NCBI GenBank assembly: GCA_947062475.1
Contig: CAMSQA010000005.1
Span: 2,013-66,012, forward strand
Source: an uncultured Clostridia bacterium
GTDB lineage: Bacteria; Bacillota; Clostridia; Christensenellales; UBA1242
Direction of reading: 5' to 3'
DNA length: 64,000 nt
In this document: piece by piece, positions 32,811 to 42,433 of the stretch
Layout of the letters: each line of letters opens with the position of its first letter
Numbering within the stretch: the first letter of the stretch is position 1
Notes under the pieces: model-generated
Databases searched by the model: none
Told to the model about the DNA's origin: nothing
The model's input: the letters and a program-made list of their open reading frames with translations, nothing else
Program-made: the position numbers and the translations under genes

Positions 32811-35129
32811 TTAAACACCATGTTTCACTCTATCATGTTCTTCAGCACGTTTGCCGTTATTGAATCTGTCAAGAGTGCCAACAAGATAACCTGTTATTCT
32901 TCTGATACGCTCAAAGTTGCCTTGACCATCTTTTTCACTTCTTCCACAGTGAGGGCAGGTATCTCCAATAATTCCATTATATCCACAAGCTGGATCTCTA
33001 TCGATTGGATGATTAATTGCACCATATCCAATTCCTTTTTCTTTCATATGTCTAATGATTCTTTCAAAAGCATCAAGGTTTGCTGTTGCATCACCATCAA
33101 GTTCTATATAAGAGATATGACCACCATTGCAAAGAGCATGGAAAGGTGCTTCAAGATCAATTTTCTTTTCTGCAGTTGTATTAAAATATACTGGAATATG
33201 GAAACTGTTTGTATAATATTCTCTGTCGGTCACACCTTCAATCTTGCCATATTTTTCTTTATCTATTCTGATAAATCTTCCGCTTAAACCTTCGGCAGGA
33301 GTGGCAATAACTGAGAAATTGAGCTTATATTTTTCAGCTTTTGCGTCTGCAAACTCACGCATGTGTTTGATGATGTCATATCCTATTTGCCATGATTTTT
33401 CACTTTCACCATGATGCTTGCCAGTGAGTGCAACAAGTGCCTCAGCAAGTCCAATGAAACCATAAGTGAGTGTGCCATGTTTCAAAATTTCAGCTATGCT
33501 GTCATCTCTATTAAGTTTTTCAGAATCAATCCAAACACCTTGTCCCATGAGGAATGGGTAGTTGTAAACATGTTTTGATTGTTGAATTTTAAATCTGTCA
33601 AGAAGTTGATCGGTGACAAGTTCCATAAGTTCATCAAGACGAGCATAAAATTTCTTTAAATCTCCCTTAGCTTCAATTGCAATTCTTGGAAGGTTTATAG
33701 AAGTGAAGGAAAGATTTCCTCTTCCAAAGGTGATTTCGCGAGTTGGGTCATATACATTTGCCATTGCTCTTGTTCTGCAACCCATGTAAGCAACCTCAGT
33801 TTCAGGATGTCCTTCTTTATAATATTGAAGATTGTATGGGGCATCGATGAAAGAGAAATTTGGAAACATTCTCTTTGCAGAACATCTGATTGCAAGTTTG
33901 AAAATGTCATAGTTTGGATCGCCAGGATTGTAGTTTACGCCTTCCTTAACTTTAAAGATTGAGATAGGGAAGATTGGAGTTTCGCCATTTCCAAGTCCTT
34001 CTTCTGTTGCTCTTAGGAAGTTTATCATAACCATTCGTCCTTCAGGAGAAGTATCTGTCCCAAAATTCAATGATGAGAATGGGACTTGAGCACCAGCACG
34101 TGAATGCATGGTGTTGAGGTTGTGAACAAGAGCTTCCATAGCCTGATGAGTTGCATCATTTGTCTCTTCATAACCCTTTTCGGTGGCATATTGTTTTATC
34201 TTATTGAATAATTCATCCTTCAAATCAGCAAATGCTGCTCTTTCAGCTTTATCATAGCCTTTGTCGCCAGCAAGAGTTGGATATAAGGCTTTTTCATTTT
34301 CGATGCTTTTAAGTGTTTGCAAAACTTCTTCTTCGTTTAATTTACCTGCTTCTTTTAAAACATAGGCTTTTGCGAAATTTGTTCTGTAAAGTTTTTTATA
34401 GGTCTTGGCAACACCAGGTGCACATCCATAATCGAAGTTTGGCACACTTTGTCCGCCATGCTGATCATTTTGATTTGATTGAATTGCAATACAAACGAGT
34501 GCTGAATAAGTCCTTATATCATTAGGTTCTCTTACAAATCCATGACCTGTATGGAAACCGCCTTTAAATAGTTTTTCAACATCAATCTGACAGCATGTTT
34601 CTGTTAGAGTGTAGAAATCAAAATCATGGATATGAATGTCGCCTTCTTGATGAGCTTTGGCTTGTTTTGGGTCTATAATTGCCTTTGTGAAATAGTTTTT
34701 TGCAGATTCAGAACCAAATTTAAGCATGACACCCATAGGTGTATCACCATCAATATTTGCATTTTCTCTCTTTAAATCACTATCTTTGGCATCGCTGTTG
34801 TTGATTTTGTCAAAGGTTTTCATAAGTGAAGAGTTTAGCTCTCGCACTTGACTGCGTTTTTGACGATAAATAATGTAGGCTTTTGCCACATCGTCATGAC
34901 CCTTTTTCATCAAAACTTTTTCGACAATATCTTGCACCTGTTCAACTGAAGGGATGTTGCCATCTTCAAATTGATTGTCAATCTCTTCCTCTACAAGTTT
35001 AGCAAGTTTTGAAGCTATTTTAAATTCTCTGTCGCCAACAGCATTCATTGCTTTTGAAATGGCATTTTCAATCTTTGAAATGTCAAACTCTTTGACTCTG
35101 CCATCTCTTTTCATGATGTTTTTTACCAT
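32811..35129 (-). CDS. nrdD: Anaerobic ribonucleoside-triphosphate reductase (class III)
   Basis: An N-terminal ATP-cone (IMKRDGRVKEFDISKIENAI), a C-terminal Zn ribbon (CPHCG) and a glycyl-radical motif (RRITGYLVG) are present. I prefer the ATG at 35129 (MVKNIMKRDG) because an AAGGAG SD lies 6 nt upstream; the track start is 35153. Confidence 0.95.
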   Translation of the reverse strand: MVKNIMKRDGRVKEFDISKIENAISKAMNAVGDREFKIASKLAKLVEEEIDNQFEDGNIPSVEQVQDIVEKVLMKKGHDDVAKAYIIYRQKRSQVRELNSSLMKTFDKINNSDAKDSDLKRENANIDGDTPMGVMLKFGSESAKNYFTKAIIDPKQAKAHQEGDIHIHDFDFYTLTETCCQIDVEKLFKGGFHTGHGFVREPNDIRTYSALVCIAIQSNQNDQHGGQSVPNFDYGCAPGVAKTYKKLYRTNFAKAYVLKEAGKLNEEEVLQTLKSIENEKALYPTLAGDKGYDKAERAAFADLKDELFNKIKQYATEKGYEETNDATHQAMEALVHNLNTMHSRAGAQVPFSSLNFGTDTSPEGRMVMINFLRATEEGLGNGETPIFPISIFKVKEGVNYNPGDPNYDIFKLAIRCSAKRMFPNFSFIDAPYNLQYYKEGHPETEVAYMGCRTRAMANVYDPTREITFGRGNLSFTSINLPRIAIEAKGDLKKFYARLDELMELVTDQLLDRFKIQQSKHVYNYPFLMGQGVWIDSEKLNRDDSIAEILKHGTLTYGFIGLAEALVALTGKHHGESEKSWQIGYDIIKHMREFADAKAEKYKLNFSVIATPAEGLSGRFIRIDKEKYGKIEGVTDREYYTNSFHIPVYFNTTAEKKIDLEAPFHALCNGGHISYIELDGDATANLDAFERIIRHMKEKGIGYGAINHPIDRDPACGYNGIIGDTCPHCGRSEKDGQGNFERIRRITGYLVGTLDRFNNGKRAEEHDRVKHGV

Positions 35130-35147
35130 AAGATCTCCTTTTCTCAA

Positions 35148-35194
35148 ACACAATATATAGTATGTTGTATAATTCCTTTTAGCACATTTTGTGT
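35148..35194 (-). promoter_or_regulatory. Candidate NrdR-box pair in the nrdD leader
   Basis: The plus strand at 35148..35163 reads ACACAATATATAGTAT, which by my alignment is 15/16 to the NrdR-box consensus acaCwAtATaTwGtgt. A second, shorter palindrome CACATTTTGTG lies at 35183..35193. The two centres are about 32 bp apart. Confidence 0.35.
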
Positions 35195-35206
35195 TGTTCT
35201 GTGTAT

Positions 35207-35235
35207 ATATTAAAACTTTTAAAAATGAAAGTCAA
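35207..35235 (-). promoter_or_regulatory. Candidate promoter of nrdD
   Basis: Read on the minus strand: TTGACT (35235..35230), a 17-nt spacer, then TAATAT (35212..35207). Confidence 0.5.
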
Positions 35236-35436
35236 CAATTTTTGACAATAAATTTTTGAAAAATAAGACCTTCGTTATTTATTTATAACCTATCCATGAA
35301 CATTGCGATAGAAAAGGTATAAAAATTTTTTGTTAATTTTATTTTGTAAAAAATACAATAGTTATTTTTATTAAAATTTTGATTAAAAAGAGCAAAAAAA
35401 GTCAAAAAATAAATACAAGAAATTTTCACAAAAAGA

Positions 35437-35465
35437 TTGATTGCTATGTCAAAATATGTTAAAAT
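35437..35465 (+). promoter_or_regulatory. Candidate promoter of the CvpA-like/rsmH operon
   Basis: TTGATT (35437..35442), a 17-nt spacer ending in TGT (extended -10), then TAAAAT (35460..35465). An AAAGGAG SD precedes the ATG at 35490. Confidence 0.55.
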
Positions 35466-35489
35466 AGTTTTAAGAAAAAGGAGTAAGTT

Positions 35490-38030
35490 ATGAATTCTAC
35501 AATAATTGCCTTGATTGTTTCTGCTTTTTTTGCAGTTATATTATTAGGTGGATTCCTTGTTGGTTTCTGGAGAGGATTTAAGCGTTCAACCGCAAATTTG
35601 ATTTTTTCAGTTGTTGGTGTAATAGTTGCTTTCTTTGTCACTCCACTGATCACAAATGCTATACTAGGCATAAAAGTTGAATATGAAGGCAATCTTGTCA
35701 CTCTGCAAAATGTTTTAGTAGAAATGTTTCTTGCTGTTGGTGACATGAGACAGATGATAAGCGCAAATAAAAATCTTGAAACACTCATTATAAGCTTGCC
35801 TGGTGCAATTTGCAATGTGGTTATGTTTATTCTTGTTACAATAGCAATTGAAATTGTGATGTATATTATCTATAAGATTTGCAATTTCACATTCTTAAAA
35901 GGGCCAAAGAGAGGAAGATTATTTGGAGGACTTGTTGGTCTTGTAAAAGCTTTCATTGTTACAATAATTGCCTTTATGCCTCTTGCTGGGCTGATAGGAT
36001 TTGCAAATAAAATGACTACTGCAAACCAATATAATTTAGTTGAAATTGAACAAACTGCAACAGCTAGCGAAGAAAATAGCGAAGAGACTAATAAAAATCA
36101 CTCACTTATTCTTGACAATATCCCTGAGCAGGCTGTGATTGTTGTGAGAGGACTTGAAAATAATTTTCTTACAAAATGCAGCAGTTTGTTTGGACTTGAT
36201 AATGCTATGTTTGATTATTATGCAAGTGCAAAAGTTGATGGCGGTAGGGTGAAAATAAGAAAGGAAATTGAGGACACCTATCAAATTGCCGATTTTGCAT
36301 ATCAGCTTAGTTATCAAAATTTTGAAAAACTTGATTATACAAAGATTGATTATGACAAAATGACTGGTGCTGTTGACAGACTTACTTCTTCAAATCTTTT
36401 CAAATATGTCCTTTCACCAACCTTGTCAGATTTAATCGTAAATTATGAAAAATATTCATTTTTAGGCTCAGAATTTGAGCTCAAAGATATATTTAAAGAA
36501 ATTGGGCAACATTTGCCAGAAGCAGACCAAATTGGCTTATATTTTAGAAATGATCTTTTAAATATTTCTAATTTAATTAAAAACATTGGAAAAAGCGGAA
36601 TTATAAATGATGTAATCACACTTGAAGAAAAAAATGAACGTGAAATTGTAAATGCTTTGACAACTGAAAAGAACATGACTACAATTGAAAGCGGAATAAA
36701 TAGCGTTTTCAAATTAAATGTAATCCAAGACAGCATTTCAAGCGTTATGCAAAAGATTGTTGACAAGATATCAACAGAACTTGATAAAATTGATGTAGAT
36801 AGTGATGATATAAGCGAAAATGGTTGGAAAGAAGTTGCAAGTTCATTCACCCAAATAGTAAAAGATCTTGGTGATATAATGAAAGAGGTTGACTTAACAA
36901 AAGTGAAGGATGATCCTACAATACTTCTTGATTCTAAAGAAAAATATGACTTAAATTTGATTGTTTCAAAATTTGGCGATATGGTTGACCAATTAAGGGC
37001 AAATAAAATCCTTCAAACGAGTGAAGGAAAACCTATCATCGATAAACTTCTTGCAAAACATGATTTAGCTTTGCCAAGCAAGCAATTGATTGACAATAAT
37101 GGCAAGAAGGTAGAAATCAAAACATATAAACAATTGCTTGAATTTGTTGTGCAATCAGTCATCACTGTCAGAGATGAAGGTGTTTATGATATAATAAATG
37201 ACAATAGCATTTCAGATTCAGAAAAAATAAATGCAATAGCAGAGATTCTTTCACAAGAAAACAAAAAAGATACCTTAAACAAAATTATTCTCCCTCTTTA
37301 TCAAGTTGAATTTACTAATAAAAATTTAGTTCAAAAATTTGTTGAAAATTTAAATCCTGAAATTTTAGATTTAAAACTTTTGAATAATTATGACGAATGG
37401 AAGAGTGATTTAAAAAATATTTCAGATATATTTGTAGCTTTAAACAGTCATAAAGTCGATGATACAACTTACTTGATGCTTATTGTTGATGGCGAAATGG
37501 AAAGACTCATAAATAATATCAAAGAAAATGAAATTGATGAAATCTTCAATCCACTCTTGTCTGCAAAATCAACTAAGGCAATCAAAGATAATATTTTTGA
37601 AATATTAGGCAGCAGTCTCAGCACTTTGACAGGCAAAGAAATAACAATGTCAACAGAGGGGGTAAGTTTTGCAGGCGAAGAAAGCCAAACTGAGGAAATA
37701 TGCAATATTCTCAAAAAGTTTGTCGCAATCAGTAATAATGTTGGTGATGGAATTGCAAACATTGATCGCCAATCACTTGCAGAACTTCTTGAAGCAATGA
37801 AGGTGAACGCTTATAGGACTTCAAACGGTAAGAGTGAGGAAGGAATATTCAAAAATTGCTATGAGGTAATTGTTGAAAGCTTTAATGAAGTATACAATGA
37901 GGTAATTACAGTAATTGCAAATGACAATGCTCTTCTTAATGAATTGGGCGTTGAAGAACTTACTCTTGAAACATTATTGACAATTGATTTCAATAAACTT
38001 ATAGAAATGATTGAAAATAAATTAGCATAA
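35490..38030 (+). CDS. Large membrane protein (846 aa) with a CvpA-like N-terminal multi-TM region and a long, acidic, helical C-terminal region
   Basis: The N-terminus IIALIVSAFFAVILLGGFLVGFWRGFKRSTANLIFSVVGVIVAFFVTPLI, plus further TM helices up to about residue 180, resembles the colicin V production (CvpA) family. The remaining roughly 650 aa has no recognised motif. The gene ends 15 nt before rsmH. Confidence 0.8.
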   Translation: MNSTIIALIVSAFFAVILLGGFLVGFWRGFKRSTANLIFSVVGVIVAFFVTPLITNAILGIKVEYEGNLVTLQNVLVEMFLAVGDMRQMISANKNLETLIISLPGAICNVVMFILVTIAIEIVMYIIYKICNFTFLKGPKRGRLFGGLVGLVKAFIVTIIAFMPLAGLIGFANKMTTANQYNLVEIEQTATASEENSEETNKNHSLILDNIPEQAVIVVRGLENNFLTKCSSLFGLDNAMFDYYASAKVDGGRVKIRKEIEDTYQIADFAYQLSYQNFEKLDYTKIDYDKMTGAVDRLTSSNLFKYVLSPTLSDLIVNYEKYSFLGSEFELKDIFKEIGQHLPEADQIGLYFRNDLLNISNLIKNIGKSGIINDVITLEEKNEREIVNALTTEKNMTTIESGINSVFKLNVIQDSISSVMQKIVDKISTELDKIDVDSDDISENGWKEVASSFTQIVKDLGDIMKEVDLTKVKDDPTILLDSKEKYDLNLIVSKFGDMVDQLRANKILQTSEGKPIIDKLLAKHDLALPSKQLIDNNGKKVEIKTYKQLLEFVVQSVITVRDEGVYDIINDNSISDSEKINAIAEILSQENKKDTLNKIILPLYQVEFTNKNLVQKFVENLNPEILDLKLLNNYDEWKSDLKNISDIFVALNSHKVDDTTYLMLIVDGEMERLINNIKENEIDEIFNPLLSAKSTKAIKDNIFEILGSSLSTLTGKEITMSTEGVSFAGEESQTEEICNILKKFVAISNNVGDGIANIDRQSLAELLEAMKVNAYRTSNGKSEEGIFKNCYEVIVESFNEVYNEVITVIANDNALLNELGVEELTLETLLTIDFNKLIEMIENKLA

Positions 38031-38045
38031 TTTTAAAGGAAAAAA

Positions 38046-38981
38046 ATGGAGTTTAAACATATTCCAGTCCTTCTTGGCGAAGTTATTGAAGGGCTTAACA
38101 TAAAAGAAAACGGCATCTATGTGGATTGCACAATGGGAGGAGGAGGTCACTCAAGCGTGATTGCCTCCTGCCTTTCTAATAAAGGGAGATTAATCGGTTT
38201 TGATAGGGATATCGAAGCTGTCAAGGTTTGCAGAACTCGTTTCGATAAATTGACAAATGTTCAAGTGTTGCATGCAAACTTTAAACAAGCTCCTGAAATT
38301 TTACAAGAAATGAATTTATCGGGTAAAATTGATGGCGTGCTTGTTGATTTGGGCGTAAGTTCTTATCAACTTGACAATGGCGAAAGAGGATTTAGTTTTC
38401 TCCGCGAGGGTCGTCTTGATATGCGAATGGATAAAACGCAGGAAATGGATGCATATTACGTTGTAAACAATTATTCAAAAGAAAAATTAATTGATATTCT
38501 ATATCGTTATGGTGAAGAAAACAATGCAAAAAGAATAGTTCAAAATATCTGTGAAAGCAGAGCGAAAAAGCCAATTGAAACTACAACACAGCTTAAAGAA
38601 ATAATCGAAAGTGCATTTCCTAAAAAAGTGATTTTTGGCAAAGGCGGAGTTTCAAAAAAAACCTTTCAAGCTATTAGAATAGAGGTGAATGGCGAGCTTG
38701 AAAACTTAGATAAATTTTTGCGAGAGATGATAGGTTTGCTGAAAAAGGGTGGCAGGCTTGCAGTAATATCCTTTCACAGCCTTGAAGATCGAATAGTCAA
38801 AACAGTTTTTAAAAATTATGCTACAGCTTGCATATGTCCACCAAAAACTCCAGTTTGCATTTGCAATCATAAAGCTGAAGTTAAACTAATCAACAATAAG
38901 CCTATCACCGCGAGTAAAAACGAACTTGAATTAAATTCACGCAGCAGCAGTGCAAAGCTAAGAATTATCGAAAAAATATGA
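38046..38981 (+). CDS. rsmH: 16S rRNA (cytosine1402-N4)-methyltransferase
   Basis: 311 aa. HIPVLLGEVIEGL ... DCTMGGGGHS ... DLGVSSYQLD ... ISFHSLEDRIVK is the canonical MraW/RsmH pattern. Confidence 0.93.
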   Translation: MEFKHIPVLLGEVIEGLNIKENGIYVDCTMGGGGHSSVIASCLSNKGRLIGFDRDIEAVKVCRTRFDKLTNVQVLHANFKQAPEILQEMNLSGKIDGVLVDLGVSSYQLDNGERGFSFLREGRLDMRMDKTQEMDAYYVVNNYSKEKLIDILYRYGEENNAKRIVQNICESRAKKPIETTTQLKEIIESAFPKKVIFGKGGVSKKTFQAIRIEVNGELENLDKFLREMIGLLKKGGRLAVISFHSLEDRIVKTVFKNYATACICPPKTPVCICNHKAEVKLINNKPITASKNELELNSRSSSAKLRIIEKI

Positions 38982-39116
38982 TAATTTAATAAAAAATTAT
39001 TAATAATTGAGAAAAAATCATAAAATTTTTGTTTTTAAGTTTAAAAAATAAAGAATAGTATAACATTTTTAAGAACTTATTAACAAGTAATACATAAGAG
39101 GGGAGGTGAATATATT

Positions 39117-39767
39117 ATGAGTGATAGAACTTTGCTTAAAGAAGTTTTGACCGAAGAAAAGGTTGAAATAGAAAGTGAAAAAAAGGCAAAACAAAAAGAA
39201 GTTTCTACTGAAAAAACTTTGCCTGAAAAAAGCACTTCAAAGGAAGAATCAATCAATATTTTCTCTTCTGCAAGTTTCCCTCTTTCTCAAGTTGAGAGGC
39301 TAAAACAAAAATATATTCAAGAAGAGAAGGAAATTAATCGTATTGAAAGCAAGGTTTCTGAGGTAATAGAAAAGCCAAACTATGATACAATGGACACGCT
39401 TACTGAAGCCGAACGAAAAAAAATTTTTGTTTTTAAGAATGTTGAAAACAGTAAAAAGGCAAATCCAAGTAAATTTAAAGTCATTTTGATTTCAATTATA
39501 TTTGCTCTTTTTACCATTTGGGGGACAGTCAATGTTGCAACAATTGACAATGTTTCAAGTCAAATCACTCAAGTTTCATCCCAATATGAAATTAATCTAG
39601 TAAATTATCTTAAAAATCTTTACATGCTTGATGTGACAAATTCTGAAAACATGAAAAATCTTTTTGAAGTTATTCCAGAGGAAAGCGTTCCGCCAACTCA
39701 AATCAATGAAAAATCCAATTGGTTTGATAGATTCTGCAATTTCATAGGAGGCTTATTTGGAGGTTGA
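39117..39767 (+). CDS. Bitopic membrane protein in the FtsL position of the dcw cluster (216 aa)
   Basis: There is a single TM helix (VILISIIFALFTIWGTVNVA) after a roughly 125-aa K/E-rich cytoplasmic extension. The gene lies between rsmH and the class B PBP. A strong GAGGGGAGG SD is present. Its stop overlaps the SD and TTG-start region of the next gene. Confidence 0.7.
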   Translation: MSDRTLLKEVLTEEKVEIESEKKAKQKEVSTEKTLPEKSTSKEESINIFSSASFPLSQVERLKQKYIQEEKEINRIESKVSEVIEKPNYDTMDTLTEAERKKIFVFKNVENSKKANPSKFKVILISIIFALFTIWGTVNVATIDNVSSQITQVSSQYEINLVNYLKNLYMLDVTNSENMKNLFEVIPEESVPPTQINEKSNWFDRFCNFIGGLFGG

Positions 39768-39770
39768 GCT

Positions 39771-41651
39771 TTGAATAAAGCCTTTACATTGTTTTCATTA
39801 AAGAGAAGGATATTGGCCATTTTATTGGTCATATCCTTTATTTTTTGTTCTTTAGTTGTAAGACTCTTTGTCTTGCAGATTATAAATGGAAAAGAATTGC
39901 AATCAAAAGCAACCGATCAGTGGACAAGAGACCTTGCGATAGTAGCTCCACGTGGCACTATATATGACAGAACAGGTTCTGCTCTTGCAGTGAGCTATAC
40001 CACTTATAATGTTTATGTCAGAGCGAGAGAAGTCAAAGATAAGTCAGAAGTAGCCATACATCTTTCTGAAATCTTGCAGCTTTCTTTTGAGAATGTCTAT
40101 TCAAAAATATCCAAAAATAATGCAAGTGAAGTGCTTATTAAAATGCAAATTGAAGGTGAAGAGGCAGAAGAGATATATAAATTAAATTTGTCTGGTGTTT
40201 ATCTTGCCGAAAATTCAAATCGATATTACACCTATGGCAACCTTCTTACTCAAGTATTAGGGTTTATCAGTGTAGATAATGTTGGGCAAACAGGTGTTGA
40301 AGCCTTTTATAATCAACTTTTGAAGGGAAAAGATGGTTTTAGTTATGTGCAAAGCGACTTGCAAGGGAAGGAGATTGGAGGTTCACTGAGATATTATGTT
40401 GGTGCAACTGCTGGAGAGGATTTGCATTTGACAATCGACAGCAAAATGCAACTTATTGTTGAAAAAACACTTGAAAAAATCATGCTAGAACAGAAAGCCA
40501 AAAGTGTCACTGGAATGATTTTGAATGCAAAGAATGGTGAAGTTTTGTCTATGTCGTCAAAACCTAGTTTTGACCTAAATGAAGTACCTCGTGATGACCT
40601 TGAAAGTCTGTTTGCTTACAGCAAAATTAAACCTGCAACTGACATATATGAGCCTGGTTCAACTTTCAAAATATTGACAGTTGCTGCAGCTCTTGAAGAA
40701 GGTTTAACATCGCTTGAAGATAGATTTTATTGTCCTGGATTTCGTGTTATTGATGGAATAAGAATTAAGTGTTGGCGAACTATTGGACATGGCAGCCAAA
40801 CTTTGACAGAGGCCTTTGCAAACTCTTGCAACTGCTGCTTTATGGATTTAGCTTTGCGACTTGGAGTGGATAAATTTTATAGTTATATGACCAAATTTGG
40901 TCTGGGTCAAAAGACAGGGCTTGACATTACTGGTGAAGCTGGTGGAATTTTAATGGCTAAAAAACTTGTCAAAAATGTTGACCTTGCACGTATGGGCTTT
41001 GGTCATGCTATTGCACTTACTCCAATGCAACTTTTAAGTGCAGTCAGTTCAATAACAAATGGAGGGACATTTAATAGTCCGCACTTGGTTGTAGGTGGTT
41101 CTCCGATTGTTAAAGGCAGGGTGATTAATAATATCATTAGCCCTCAAACCTCTGCTCTTGTCAATGGTTTACTTGAATTTGCAGAAAATAAAACAGGTAA
41201 ATACACCTTTGTTGAAGGATATAATATTGGGGGAAAAACAGGAACTGCACAAAAATATAAAGAAACTGGTGGAATTGATACAGGAAAATATATTTCAAGT
41301 TTTATTGGCACTTATCCTGCAGATAATCCAGAGTATATCGTATTTATTATGGTTGATGAGCCAAGCAACGGTGCATATTATGGAAGTATAGTTGCAGCAC
41401 CTTATGGTAAAGAAATTTTCATAAATCTATTTGACTATTTAGGTGAAGAAAAACAAGATGAAAGCATTGTTGTTGAATATGTTGAAATGCCAGATGTTAT
41501 TGGAAAAAGTTTGACAGATTGTGCAGTAATGCTGAAGGAAATCGGACTTGAATTTGAGCTTGATGGAGAAGGTGAATTTATTGAGAAGCAGTTGCCACCA
41601 GTTGGGACAACACTAATTAAAGGCTCGACCATACTATTGATTACAAATTAG
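39771..41651 (+). CDS. Class B penicillin-binding protein (FtsI/PBP2B type) with a C-terminal PASTA domain
   Basis: A TTG start lies 7 nt after GGAGG (39759..39763). There is an N-terminal TM anchor. The SxxK (STFK), SxN (SCN) and KTG (KTGT) motifs are present. A PASTA-like tail reads VEMPDVIGKSLTDCAVMLKEIGLEFELDGEG. Confidence 0.9.
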   Translation: MNKAFTLFSLKRRILAILLVISFIFCSLVVRLFVLQIINGKELQSKATDQWTRDLAIVAPRGTIYDRTGSALAVSYTTYNVYVRAREVKDKSEVAIHLSEILQLSFENVYSKISKNNASEVLIKMQIEGEEAEEIYKLNLSGVYLAENSNRYYTYGNLLTQVLGFISVDNVGQTGVEAFYNQLLKGKDGFSYVQSDLQGKEIGGSLRYYVGATAGEDLHLTIDSKMQLIVEKTLEKIMLEQKAKSVTGMILNAKNGEVLSMSSKPSFDLNEVPRDDLESLFAYSKIKPATDIYEPGSTFKILTVAAALEEGLTSLEDRFYCPGFRVIDGIRIKCWRTIGHGSQTLTEAFANSCNCCFMDLALRLGVDKFYSYMTKFGLGQKTGLDITGEAGGILMAKKLVKNVDLARMGFGHAIALTPMQLLSAVSSITNGGTFNSPHLVVGGSPIVKGRVINNIISPQTSALVNGLLEFAENKTGKYTFVEGYNIGGKTGTAQKYKETGGIDTGKYISSFIGTYPADNPEYIVFIMVDEPSNGAYYGSIVAAPYGKEIFINLFDYLGEEKQDESIVVEYVEMPDVIGKSLTDCAVMLKEIGLEFELDGEGEFIEKQLPPVGTTLIKGSTILLITN

Positions 41652-41714
41652 ATTAAAAAATAAAATAGTATGATTTTATTTGCTTTAAAAGGTAAAATGA
41701 TATAAACTATATTT

Positions 41715-42425
41715 ATGAGCACATGGTTTATAATTATTGGAGTAATTGCTGCATTATTGCTTTTATGTTTTTTGCTTGCTGTGGCAAACTACTCAGGCGA
41801 AAGATTTATGCAAAAGTATGAAGAAATGAATAATATCGAGGCAAAGACAAAACTTACATCAATTGACTTTGTAGATTTTGTGGTGAGAAGATTTATCAAA
41901 ACTCCGATTGAAATTGTTCAAATTTCAGCGGTGGCGGGTGACGCATACAGCAAAAGAAAACTCTTTTTATCGACTGATACCATTTATAAACCAAGTTTAG
42001 CATCATTTACTATTATTGCTCACGAACTTGGTCATGCTCTTCAAGACGTGAGTGGAAACAAATTAAAAAAACTCAACAGATTAAGACGACTTGGCAAATT
42101 TTTAGGTTGCCTTATGATGCCAAGTCTGCTCTCGGGACTTATATTATTGTTTTTTGGGGGCACATTATTTATAGTTGGCTGTTCTTTGCTGGCTTTTGGC
42201 GTTTTTATTTTCATTCTTGCTCTTATAGTGAAAATGATGACAATTTCAATAGAAAAAGATGCATCAAAAAATGCTATGACATTTTTGAAAGAAGTTTTTG
42301 AGGAAGAAGATCTTAAAAGATGTAAAAGATTTTTAAATGATGCGAGACTTACTTATTGGGCAGAATTTTTGAAAATAATTCTTTTTTGGACGGGTGTTTC
42401 AAAAAGAGGAAAGCTTTTTAATTAG
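41715..42425 (+). CDS. Membrane zinc metallopeptidase, YugP family (divergent copy)
   Basis: An N-terminal TM helix, the HExxH motif in IIAHELGHALQD and C-terminal TM helices are present. Confidence 0.75.
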   Translation: MSTWFIIIGVIAALLLLCFLLAVANYSGERFMQKYEEMNNIEAKTKLTSIDFVDFVVRRFIKTPIEIVQISAVAGDAYSKRKLFLSTDTIYKPSLASFTIIAHELGHALQDVSGNKLKKLNRLRRLGKFLGCLMMPSLLSGLILLFFGGTLFIVGCSLLAFGVFIFILALIVKMMTISIEKDASKNAMTFLKEVFEEEDLKRCKRFLNDARLTYWAEFLKIILFWTGVSKRGKLFN

Positions 42426-42433
42426 GAGATCAT

